Shown here in pieces: positions 29,541-38,580 of a DNA stretch of 64,000 bases (its first letter is position 1; each line of letters begins with the position of its first letter). The translations under genes and the position numbers were made by a program. The notes under the pieces were generated by a model, which did no database searches, was not told the DNA's origin, and saw only the letters and a list, made by a program, of their open reading frames with translations. The stretch comes from a virus. Lineage: Duplodnaviria; Caudoviricetes. The stretch is taken from IMG/VR virus record IMGVR_UViG_3300006153_000003; one strand, given 5' to 3'.

Positions 29541-30578
29541 ATGGGAAACGGAAGAAAAACTGTTTACAATAATATTTCCTCACCAGAAAAATTAGCAAAG
29601 GTAAATCCTGAGAATATTCAGTTAGGAAACGATTTCCTTGAATATCTCACTTCTATTGATAGGAGCAAATCTACAGTAGATGCATACCGTAACGATTTAA
29701 ATATCTTTTGGTGTTGGTGCTTGGAATTTAATAATAATAAATTCTTCGTTGATTTATCAAAACGGGAGATTGTAAAATATCAAAATTACTGTTTAAATAC
29801 ACTCGGATGGAGTCCTGCCAGGATGCGAAGGGTTAAATCTACTCTGTCTTCACTATCAAATTATATAGAATCTATGTTAGACGATGAATTTGATTTTAGA
29901 CCAATAATTCGTAAAATTGAAAATCCTGCTGCTTGTACAGTTAGAGAAAAAACGATCCTTGAAGAAGAGCAACTACAAAAATTATTAAATGTTCTTGTTG
30001 AAAAAGAACAATTTGATAAAGCATGTATGCTTTCTTTGGCAATGAATAATGGTCGCCGTAAGGCCGAACTTCCAAGAATGAAAGTTTCATATTTTACAGA
30101 AGATAATGTTATATACGGATCATTGTATAAATCTCCTGAGACTGTAACAACAAAAGGTCGTGGATCAAGAGGAAAACAATTAACAATTTATACTCTTAAA
30201 AATGGGTTTCAAAAATATCTGGATTTATGGCTAAATTACAGAAAAGAAAATAATATTACATCTGAATGGCTCATACCTAAAAAAGAAAATGGAGTTTATA
30301 TAGATGAACAAGTTCCTATCACTACAATGGATAGTTGGGCAGAAACATTTTCTAGGATTTTAGGCGTTCCTTTTTACTGGCATAGTCTCAGGCACTTCTT
30401 TACAACAAAATTATCTGAATCAAATATTCCAGATGGTGTTATTCAAGATATTGTTGGATGGGATTCTGCAGATATGTGTAGATTATATTGTGATACTCCT
30501 ACCGATGCTAAATTAGAAAAGTATTTTGGAGAAGAAGGTATTAAGAGTATAGAACAAAATACATTATCAAATTTGTAG
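29541..30578 (+). CDS. tyrosine recombinase
   Basis: SAM-like N-terminus, GRRKAEL (R), KG, HSLRH, VGW, Y nucleophile (MCRLY); RBS favours ATG 29541. Confidence 0.92.
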   Translation: MGNGRKTVYNNISSPEKLAKVNPENIQLGNDFLEYLTSIDRSKSTVDAYRNDLNIFWCWCLEFNNNKFFVDLSKREIVKYQNYCLNTLGWSPARMRRVKSTLSSLSNYIESMLDDEFDFRPIIRKIENPAACTVREKTILEEEQLQKLLNVLVEKEQFDKACMLSLAMNNGRRKAELPRMKVSYFTEDNVIYGSLYKSPETVTTKGRGSRGKQLTIYTLKNGFQKYLDLWLNYRKENNITSEWLIPKKENGVYIDEQVPITTMDSWAETFSRILGVPFYWHSLRHFFTTKLSESNIPDGVIQDIVGWDSADMCRLYCDTPTDAKLEKYFGEEGIKSIEQNTLSNL

Positions 30579-30586
30579 GAGAAATT

Positions 30587-31618
30587 ATGAGTATCGGAAT
30601 TTATATGATAAAAAATTTGTCTAATAATAAAGTATATATTGGACAAAGTATAGATATAAAAAGACGGTGGAATGATCATAAAATGAAGTTGAAAAATAAT
30701 ACTCATTATAATGAGCATTTACAAAAATCATACAATAAATACGGTGAAAAATATTTTCAATATGTTATTTTAAGCAAAACCACAAAAGAAAAATTAAATG
30801 AATTAGAAGCATATTATATTCAAAAATACCAATCATACAATCCTAAATATGGATATAATCAAACATTTGGTGGAGATTTCAATATTATTTTTACAAAAGA
30901 TATAATTAATAAAATGCGCAAATCTCACGAATATGAATTTGTGCCAATCTTACAGTATTCATTAGATAAAAAACTAATTGCACGATTTAATTCCTTAAGC
31001 GAAGCAAGCCGTTCAGTTAAGGGTACCCCTTCTGGAATAAGAAATTGCGCAAATAAATTTTCATTAAATGTAGGTAAATGTAAGACTTACAAAGGATATA
31101 TTTGGATATATGAATATGAATCAGAAAGATTTGAACATATTGATATTGAAGAATATTTAACTCCAGAAACAAGTTTTCCTATTAATAAGTATGAATATCC
31201 AAGTGGGAAATTTGTGTGTACATATAAAACAATACTAGAAGCAGCAACTAATAACAAAATATCTATTGATGTGATAAGTATGTGTGTCAGAGAAGTTCAA
31301 AAACAAAGTAATGGTTTTACATATCGTAACGCAAACAACTTTACACAAGATACATTATGTATAAAACCAAAAGTACATAAAAAGAAAAGGCCTGTTATTG
31401 CATTTAATAAATCTGATAATACATTTGTTATGTATTTATATAATATGGAACAATTAAAAAAATTAGGTTTAGATAGTGGTCATATTTGTGAGTGCTGTAA
31501 AGGAAAACGAAAATCTTATAAAGGATACATATGGAAATATGCCGATGAACAATTTGCACAATACTTTGGTGAAGACGGAATTAAAAAGGTTGAAAAGAAA
31601 ACTCTTTCTGAGATTTGA
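30587..31618 (+). CDS. GIY-YIG homing endonuclease with NUMOD1-type repeats
   Basis: GIYMIKNLSNNKVYIGQS...RRW..H; repeated SLSEA...I..C...K.YKGYIW units. Confidence 0.92.
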   Translation: MSIGIYMIKNLSNNKVYIGQSIDIKRRWNDHKMKLKNNTHYNEHLQKSYNKYGEKYFQYVILSKTTKEKLNELEAYYIQKYQSYNPKYGYNQTFGGDFNIIFTKDIINKMRKSHEYEFVPILQYSLDKKLIARFNSLSEASRSVKGTPSGIRNCANKFSLNVGKCKTYKGYIWIYEYESERFEHIDIEEYLTPETSFPINKYEYPSGKFVCTYKTILEAATNNKISIDVISMCVREVQKQSNGFTYRNANNFTQDTLCIKPKVHKKKRPVIAFNKSDNTFVMYLYNMEQLKKLGLDSGHICECCKGKRKSYKGYIWKYADEQFAQYFGEDGIKKVEKKTLSEI

Positions 31619-31722
31619 TCAGATAAACCTCTAATTTCATCTGTCCCATATGATCTCAAACAACGCAATTTTTTATACATACTGTAACTTCGGAGAGTTT
31701 TCTACACTCTCCTTTTCTCTAT

Positions 31723-31812
31723 GGATGGAAGGTAACTATCGGATCTGTTACAACGGTCTGTAAAACCGTTCCCACGTGGTAAAGAGTGTTGGTTCGACTC
31801 CAACTCCATCCA
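31723..31812 (+). tRNA. tRNA-Tyr(GTA), atypical D arm
   Basis: GGATGGA/TCCATCC acceptor, ACGGT-CTGTAAA-ACCGT, long variable region, GTTGG-TTCGACT-CCAAC. Confidence 0.8.
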
Positions 31813-31854
31813 TTATTATAAATTCGATTATTCCAAAAGAAAGTAGGTGAATAC

Positions 31855-32151
31855 ATGACAAAAGACTTAGATATTATAGATCGGCAGTTAGAACTAGGTG
31901 ATGTGAAAGTTATAAGTAGAGATGGTGGTCGTATCGTCAAATTTATTGAACTACTCTTCTCCCCTACTACTAAGGCACAGTTCGCACCATCAAATAATAA
32001 TACATCAATAAGATTGAGCGTAAAAGATGTAGATCTTACACTACCACAGTTAGAATGTGATATGAGTAAGTCAACGCTGAGAGATCTTATTATAGGATTA
32101 AAATCTATTTACAATCAAATCGAAGATGAAGATGAAAAGGAAGGAGACTAA
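31855..32151 (+). CDS. hypothetical phage protein
   Basis: ORF with AGGTG RBS. Confidence 0.75.
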   Translation: MTKDLDIIDRQLELGDVKVISRDGGRIVKFIELLFSPTTKAQFAPSNNNTSIRLSVKDVDLTLPQLECDMSKSTLRDLIIGLKSIYNQIEDEDEKEGD

Positions 32152-32153
32152 AA

Positions 32154-32624
32154 ATGAACTTTTATGAAAAAATTGATATGAACGATAATGTTGTAAAATA
32201 TACACTTCGAGCGAAATACAATGAGGAATTAACAGATGAAGAAACTCTTGAGATTGAGTCTCTACACGATTATATTCATAAGATTAAGTTTACTGATATT
32301 GATTTTGTTTCAAATGTAAATCTTGTATCCGGTGCCCCAGCTGTTACGGAAGATAATATCAGCGAAGGTGTTGTCGAGGTTGACCTGGGGAAAATTGCTC
32401 CTAAAGAGTATATTCTGGATGAAAACCTTGAAATCACATTCTCCGTTGATGCAGGACGGGTCCCTGATGCAGAGCTGAACAGCGTTTTGACTACGAAGGC
32501 ACTTGTAGCTCAGGCAAAGGTAGCAGTATTCCAGTCTAAGATTAAAGAAGCAATCTTGGGTATTTTAGAAGAAATCCGTACTACTGATAATGATTTCGAA
32601 AAAGAGTCAGAGATTATTTTATAG
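32154..32624 (+). CDS. hypothetical phage protein
   Basis: ORF with AAGGAG RBS. Confidence 0.8.
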   Translation: MNFYEKIDMNDNVVKYTLRAKYNEELTDEETLEIESLHDYIHKIKFTDIDFVSNVNLVSGAPAVTEDNISEGVVEVDLGKIAPKEYILDENLEITFSVDAGRVPDAELNSVLTTKALVAQAKVAVFQSKIKEAILGILEEIRTTDNDFEKESEIIL

Positions 32625-32635
32625 GAGGTGTATTT

Positions 32636-32938
32636 ATGTATTCTGTAATGATTAGAGATGAGAAAGATCGTTCTATCTATAGATTCTTGCAGGTAAAAGA
32701 AGAGATCATGGATGAAGTTTCCAAAGAAATAGAGGATCCTGATACGCATGAAGTTCGTACTGAAATAGAATTAGTAGGTACTGGAACATTTCACAAGGTA
32801 AATTACAAGGAAGAAAATAAAGATAAATTCGAAGAAAAATGTATTGCACTTTTAGATACATATAATCGTTCAGAAATCCTTCCTATTACTATTGAGGAAT
32901 ATGACGTAGATTTACTGTGGAAATCAGATAATTCATAA
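32636..32938 (+). CDS. hypothetical phage protein
   Basis: AGGAGG RBS. Confidence 0.8.
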   Translation: MYSVMIRDEKDRSIYRFLQVKEEIMDEVSKEIEDPDTHEVRTEIELVGTGTFHKVNYKEENKDKFEEKCIALLDTYNRSEILPITIEEYDVDLLWKSDNS

Positions 32939-32961
32939 TAGTAAATGAGGAGGTGTAGAAT

Positions 32962-33237
32962 TTGGGAGAATCTAAGAAATTCCTGGATTATACTGGGTTA
33001 TCATATGTTATAAACAATCTGAAAAATTTATTTGCTTTCAAAACTGAAATTCCTGAAGAATATACTCACCCAGTATTTCCTCCTCATGCATCTGGTTTAT
33101 ATAAAATAACTGTAGATGAACAAGGTCATGTAACCAATACAAAAGAAGTTACAAAAACAGATATTCTTGAGCTGGGTATATTTTCAGATGAATCATTTGA
33201 ATTGACTGAAGATGGTAAATTATATTTCAACTACTAA
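32962..33237 (+). CDS. putative virion-associated protein
   Basis: KFLDYTGL and YTHP...GLYKITVDEQGHVT motifs typical of phage fibre-like proteins. Confidence 0.55.
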   Translation: MGESKKFLDYTGLSYVINNLKNLFAFKTEIPEEYTHPVFPPHASGLYKITVDEQGHVTNTKEVTKTDILELGIFSDESFELTEDGKLYFNY

Positions 33238-33256
33238 TGCATAGGGAGGAAATTAA

Positions 33257-33472
33257 ATGGCTGTTTCATTACTGGACAAAAACCATGATACAGATTATTG
33301 TACCTTTTCGTATGATAACTGGGATTTAGATAAAGATAACATGCCTAATTTAAATACACCTGGCAAAAATGCGTTGTCTACTGTGAAATCATGTTCTCAA
33401 GGTAGTTTTGCTATTGGAACGGATGGAACTCTAAAAATTTTGACTGGTAATAATGAATGGATTGATTATTAG
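33257..33472 (+). CDS. hypothetical phage protein
   Basis: GGGAGG RBS. Confidence 0.7.
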   Translation: MAVSLLDKNHDTDYCTFSYDNWDLDKDNMPNLNTPGKNALSTVKSCSQGSFAIGTDGTLKILTGNNEWIDY

Positions 33473-33488
33473 GAGGTGATTGTAATAT

Positions 33489-34220
33489 ATGGATGGTGTT
33501 GTTGCTTTAAAAAGAGCATCAAATGTTGAAGAATCACTTCTTAAAAAAGTTGGCGATATTACTAAATTAGAAACCACAGCAAAAGCTGACATTGTAACAG
33601 CTCTCAATGAAGTGAAATCTGCTGTATCAGCAGGTAGTGAGACTGGTGTTGTAACCATTGAAACAGAAGTTACTACAGATGGAGCTTTGAAATCATATAC
33701 TGTTAAACAGGGCGGAGCCTTCGTCGCAGTAATTGATATCCCCAAAGATCTTGTTGTTACAGAAGGTTCTGTTGTTACAGATCCGGAAGGTCAAGATCCT
33801 GGGACCTATATTAAATTAGTAATTGCAAATCAGGAAGAGCCTCTTTATATAAATGTAGGTAAATTGGTAGATATTTATACTGTAAAGAAAAATGCTACAC
33901 AGATTCAATTGACAATCGATTTTACTTCTAGGGAAATCAGTGCAACAATCGTTCCAGGTAGCGTAGGAACAACAGAACTGGCTGATAATGCTGTAACCAC
34001 AGTAAAAATTGTAGATGCAAGTGTAACTCTCGAAAAACTGGCGGTTGATGTTACAAATGCTTTTGATACTGCTGGATCTTCTAGTGCTGCTGAGACGAAT
34101 GCAAAAAAATATGCTGATGGACTTAATACCAATATGGAGGGACGAGTTAGTATACTGGAAAAGAAATCTGACTTTGAGCCAATTACTGAAGAAGAGATCA
34201 ATGCATTATTTAGTATATAA
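33489..34220 (+). CDS. putative virion fibre/decoration protein
   Basis: GDITKLETTAKADIVTALNEV, IDIPKDLVV and AVTTVKI..SVTLEKLA repeats seen in phage structural proteins. Confidence 0.6.
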   Translation: MDGVVALKRASNVEESLLKKVGDITKLETTAKADIVTALNEVKSAVSAGSETGVVTIETEVTTDGALKSYTVKQGGAFVAVIDIPKDLVVTEGSVVTDPEGQDPGTYIKLVIANQEEPLYINVGKLVDIYTVKKNATQIQLTIDFTSREISATIVPGSVGTTELADNAVTTVKIVDASVTLEKLAVDVTNAFDTAGSSSAAETNAKKYADGLNTNMEGRVSILEKKSDFEPITEEEINALFSI

Positions 34221-34264
34221 AATAACAAAGGAGAATAGTATCACTACTACTCTCCTACTATTTT

Positions 34265-34347
34265 GTAAAGTAAACCTACAAGGTGTAGGACTCCGCTGCT
34301 AACGGATGTGTTCTGAAAAGAATGGGTTTCGATTACTCTGCTTTACG
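34265..34347 (+). tRNA. atypical tRNA-Ser(GCT)
   Basis: GTAAAGT/GCTTTAC-G acceptor, long CCTAC/GTAGG D stem, TCCG-CTGCTAA-CGGA, variable arm TTCT-GAAA-AGAA. Confidence 0.65.
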
Positions 34348-34377
34348 TTCGAAACAAATTGTAATAATTAAGATAAT

Positions 34378-35244
34378 TTATATATTATTTTCCATGAATT
34401 TTAAAACAATATTTGCAGATTTTTCCCAGGCAGGATCAAGCATCATATCATGACATAAATCAGGTAGAATTTCTAATTCTATATTTTTATTCTTAGAATT
34501 CTTATAAGTTGTATATGTTTTATTCAGTGATGATTCCGGGAAATATGAGTCTTCATAAGAACCAATGACCAAAATTGGAAGATTAACACTATAGTTGCTT
34601 GTATAAGATTTGTATAACTCTTCCAACGTAATTTTTTTTGACTCAATTTGTAAACGTTTATTATACACTCGTATATCATTCATAGGAACTCTTTTATCAA
34701 AAAAGGCAGATTCAAATAGTTCTTTATCTGTTACCTCTTTACCAGATGCTTTCTTGGCCGCAATTCGTAAATCCTTATGAAGGAAATATGTATCAATAAA
34801 TGTTTTAAATTTCTTCATCCCCCCTGCTGTCGCAGGTGCAAATAATATAGCTCCTTTAACTGCATCTGAATGTTCACCAATATAATTTTGTACAACTGCC
34901 CCACCCATAGAATGACCTAATATAAATGGAGTTGACTTCATTATTTTCTTAATACTCATACAATAATTGATACACTCTTTAATATCTTCAGAATAATCTG
35001 ATATTCCAAATTCATTTAATTTTTCATGTCCTTGACTACCACTATGTCCACGAAAACTTAACGCAAAACAGTCAAATCCATATTTAGGGAAAAATTCGAG
35101 AAAATTCTCAAAGCACCATGCACCATGGCATACACCATGAACGCACAAAATACACCCCTTATATTGACTGGTTGTTAAAGAATAAAGCACTTCTAATTTA
35201 AATTTACTTGGAATATTTAATGATTCATATTGTTTTTCTTCCAT
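34378..35244 (-). CDS. alpha/beta hydrolase (moron)
   Basis: HG, GHSMGG nucleophile elbow, D and H (CHDMML) triad residues; antisense to surrounding genes. Confidence 0.9.
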   Translation of the reverse strand: MEEKQYESLNIPSKFKLEVLYSLTTSQYKGCILCVHGVCHGAWCFENFLEFFPKYGFDCFALSFRGHSGSQGHEKLNEFGISDYSEDIKECINYCMSIKKIMKSTPFILGHSMGGAVVQNYIGEHSDAVKGAILFAPATAGGMKKFKTFIDTYFLHKDLRIAAKKASGKEVTDKELFESAFFDKRVPMNDIRVYNKRLQIESKKITLEELYKSYTSNYSVNLPILVIGSYEDSYFPESSLNKTYTTYKNSKNKNIELEILPDLCHDMMLDPAWEKSANIVLKFMENNI

Positions 35245-35458
35245 TTACCTAGCTCCTTTCTATGAGTATATTTTTTATAATTATATTATTTATCGGACAA
35301 ACATAATTAAAAATTAGTTTTCTTTTCAGATTTATACAATTTTAATAATTATTAGAATATTATTATTAAATTCTTTTTATATACTTTTTGACAATCAACA
35401 AACTGTCTTTTTGTAGTATAACAATACAAGTTTTCAAAAAAGAAAGGATGGTGGCAAC

Positions 35459-36652
35459 ATGCCAAAAACAAAATCTCAATCATCTGACAATAAACCGTTG
35501 CCAGCCAATCAACAAAAAGGTACTAAAAAATGTAATTACTGTCATAAAGAAAAAAAAATGACAGATTTTTATATTAGTAAAAGTCCTCTTTTTTCAGTAG
35601 ATGGGCGCGTTCCAGTCTGTAAAGAGTGTATAATTAAAGAATCTCTTAATGAAGATGGATCTATCAATGAGATTAATTTGAATAAGATTCTTAAGAAAAT
35701 AGACCGACCTTATTATAAAGATCTTATTGAAAGCTCAATACAATCTTTTAAAAAAGAAAATTCATTTGTGAAGGATGAGGATATACCATATCATGGTAAA
35801 GACATTTTAAAAATCTATTTTCGCTTAATTGCTATGCGACAGGATCGAGCTAAAAGCTATGAAGACTCTGAAAAAGACGGCTTTATTCACCAAGAAAGTA
35901 ATACTCCCAAAAAGACTAAAGAAGCAATATCTAAAAAATATGCAGATATAAAAATAGAAAATCAAGATACTTCAAATATATCATCCTCCGTTCCAGAAGC
36001 ATTAGAAAAGATCAAATGGTCAGAGCAGGATAAACAGAATAAACAATACGCCATTGATATTGTAGGTTATGATCCTTTTGAAGAATATCCGGAAGAAGGA
36101 CGAAAATTTCTATTCAATCAATTATCACCTTATCTTGAGGATGACTCTAATGCAGATGATGCATATAAACTTTCCCAAATATTACAAATCATAAAAAACA
36201 ATTATCAAATTGACATATGTGATAAAAGAATGGCTCATTTAGATCCTTTAAAAGATGCAGAGAATATCAAGACCTTAAATGATATAAAAAACAAATTAGT
36301 CCAAAGCAATGATAAAATTGCAAAGGAAAATGAAATCTCTGTAAAAAACCGTTCTAATAAAGAAGCTGGAAAATCAACTCTTACTTATTTGATGAGAGAT
36401 TTACGAGAAAAAGATTTTGATAAGGCTGAAGCTGACTATTATGATCAATTGAGAAGTGTTGGTACACAATGGGCGGTAGATATGTCCATCAAATCAATTA
36501 AAGAAAATGGATTATTTGATGAAAATGATAAAAAGGAAATATATGAAATGCAATTAGACATGATCAATTCGCTAAATAAAGAAGTAGATGATTTAAAAGA
36601 AAAAGTCCGCTTATTAATTATAGAAAATGATAGATTGAAAGAAAATAATTAA
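35459..36652 (+). CDS. zinc-finger protein upstream of terminase (putative small terminase/packaging factor)
   Basis: CNYC...CKEC; position immediately before TerL. Confidence 0.6.
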   Translation: MPKTKSQSSDNKPLPANQQKGTKKCNYCHKEKKMTDFYISKSPLFSVDGRVPVCKECIIKESLNEDGSINEINLNKILKKIDRPYYKDLIESSIQSFKKENSFVKDEDIPYHGKDILKIYFRLIAMRQDRAKSYEDSEKDGFIHQESNTPKKTKEAISKKYADIKIENQDTSNISSSVPEALEKIKWSEQDKQNKQYAIDIVGYDPFEEYPEEGRKFLFNQLSPYLEDDSNADDAYKLSQILQIIKNNYQIDICDKRMAHLDPLKDAENIKTLNDIKNKLVQSNDKIAKENEISVKNRSNKEAGKSTLTYLMRDLREKDFDKAEADYYDQLRSVGTQWAVDMSIKSIKENGLFDENDKKEIYEMQLDMINSLNKEVDDLKEKVRLLIIENDRLKENN

Positions 36653-36654
36653 GT

Positions 36655-38517
36655 ATGGCTTACAAAAAAGTAAAACGTCTACTATCAGATAGAAAAAGAA
36701 AAATATGCGAGTTAGATGCAGAAACCATTGCATTTTACAGACGTAATCCATGTATAGCAAGTGAGGATCTACTGGGCATTCGCTTAATTGACAGCCAAAA
36801 GTATATTTTACAAGAGAGTTGGAATAAGCCCCATGTTTTATGGTGTTGTAGCCGAAACTTCGGGAAATCATTTCTTGGTGCAGTTTTCATGATATTAAAA
36901 GCTATCTTATATGAGAACCAAGCTATATATATTGTTTCATCTGTCGGTAACCAATCTAAAGAAACATTCTCAAAAATTGAAGAAATTGTATTAAGGATTG
37001 GTAAAACTGCCGCCTCTATTGATTCTCTTCAAGATATCGTCGAAAAGGAAACCATTAAATCTACTAATAATAAAACTGGATTCCAACATAATCCTGAGAG
37101 CTTTCATGTTAGTTTTTATAATGGTAGTGAGATATTTACACTTAATGGAAAGCCCGACAATAACAGGTCCCGCAGGGCCAGTTTGGTATTTTTCGATGAA
37201 GCTGCTTTTTCCTCTGATGAATTAATTGCTGTCTGTGAAGCATTTGCTACTCAGAATACAGAGTTTAAAACTTCCACAGACGATAATTTTAATCCAGAAA
37301 CCGAAAAAAGAAAATGTCCTACTCAATTGGTTTACGCTTCCTCCCAGGATGATATGAGCAAAATGTTCTATAAGCACTACAAAAATTTTGCAAAACATAT
37401 GCTGGCAGGTGACAGAGATTATTTTGTCGCTGATATGATTTGCGATTGTGCTATTACTACATACATGAAGGGGAAACCATTTACTCCACTTCTTACACAA
37501 GATAAGGTAGATGCTGCGATGAAAGCAAATCCCGACAAAGCCAGAAGGGAATATTATAATCAACCTACTCGTGATGGTGGTGTTAATCAGATTGTAAAAT
37601 GGGGAACAATCCGTAGGAATGAAACGTTTTATTTGCCACAGCTACATTTCGAGCCAAATACTAGAATTGCATTGGCTTTTGATCCAGCAAGAACTACAGA
37701 TAACTCTATTCTAAGTAGTATGCGAATAGTAAATGATGAAAATTGGGGATATATGGGAGAAATCATTAATTGTATTAATTTTGTGGATGCCGCCAATAAA
37801 AAAGGATACAAATTAGATTCTAATAGACAGTTAAGAAAAATTCGAGAAAATCTGCTTTTGTATAATGGTTTATCAAATGATTATGATAATATTGATATTC
37901 TTCTGGTGGATCAGGGTTCTGGTGGAGGCGGAACATCTACCTATGCCGATGGACTTCTCAATGATTGGACAGATAAAAATGGAAGAATACATAGAGGATT
38001 AATTGATAAAGAACATGATATATATAAGGGATACGATAAGATTTATCCAAATGCTATCAATAAGCTAAGGTTATTGAGTCCCAAAAAGTATAGAACACAA
38101 ATGGTTGAAGAATTCATTGAATTAATGGATTTAGGTGTTATAAAGTTTCCATATGAATATAAACAAGAATTTATATCTATGACTAAACAAATAGATATTG
38201 AAAATCAGAAAATAGAATCTTATCAATTGTCTTTAGATGAAATTGTCGCATTACAAAGTATAGACATCATGAAAAATGAAATCACTGCAATTTATAAATA
38301 CGAAAACGCTGACAAGACATCTCGAACATACGCATTATCAAAGGAAAAAGAAAGTGATCCAAACTTCCATGATGATAGATTTTATACTATTATAATGCTT
38401 GCACACTATTTATATGGATTACGAAGAGGGCAAATTGTTACAACAAAAAAGAAATATAATACTCCTTCTAATATCCTTTCAATGGCACGAAAGCCTTCAT
38501 TAATAAGAAGATCTTGA
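36655..38517 (+). CDS. terL: terminase large subunit
   Basis: SRNFGKS Walker A, FFDEAAF Walker B, AFDPA and HDDRF nuclease motifs. Confidence 0.93.
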   Translation: MAYKKVKRLLSDRKRKICELDAETIAFYRRNPCIASEDLLGIRLIDSQKYILQESWNKPHVLWCCSRNFGKSFLGAVFMILKAILYENQAIYIVSSVGNQSKETFSKIEEIVLRIGKTAASIDSLQDIVEKETIKSTNNKTGFQHNPESFHVSFYNGSEIFTLNGKPDNNRSRRASLVFFDEAAFSSDELIAVCEAFATQNTEFKTSTDDNFNPETEKRKCPTQLVYASSQDDMSKMFYKHYKNFAKHMLAGDRDYFVADMICDCAITTYMKGKPFTPLLTQDKVDAAMKANPDKARREYYNQPTRDGGVNQIVKWGTIRRNETFYLPQLHFEPNTRIALAFDPARTTDNSILSSMRIVNDENWGYMGEIINCINFVDAANKKGYKLDSNRQLRKIRENLLLYNGLSNDYDNIDILLVDQGSGGGGTSTYADGLLNDWTDKNGRIHRGLIDKEHDIYKGYDKIYPNAINKLRLLSPKKYRTQMVEEFIELMDLGVIKFPYEYKQEFISMTKQIDIENQKIESYQLSLDEIVALQSIDIMKNEITAIYKYENADKTSRTYALSKEKESDPNFHDDRFYTIIMLAHYLYGLRRGQIVTTKKKYNTPSNILSMARKPSLIRRS

Positions 38518-38580
38518 AAATCTACAAGAATCCAAAATTTAAATTTAATATCAATATTGTTTTAGGAAGAAGGTGAGAAA

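Noticed and set aside
29541-30578. Prophage integrase with att site at the nearby tRNA-Tyr
   Set aside because: Phage genes continue on both sides and no duplicated tRNA 3' end was seen; more likely an internal resolvase-type recombinase
29541-31618. Group I intron interrupting the recombinase
   Set aside because: Recombinase ORF is complete with its own stop, and only 8 nt separate it from the endonuclease, leaving no room for a ribozyme core
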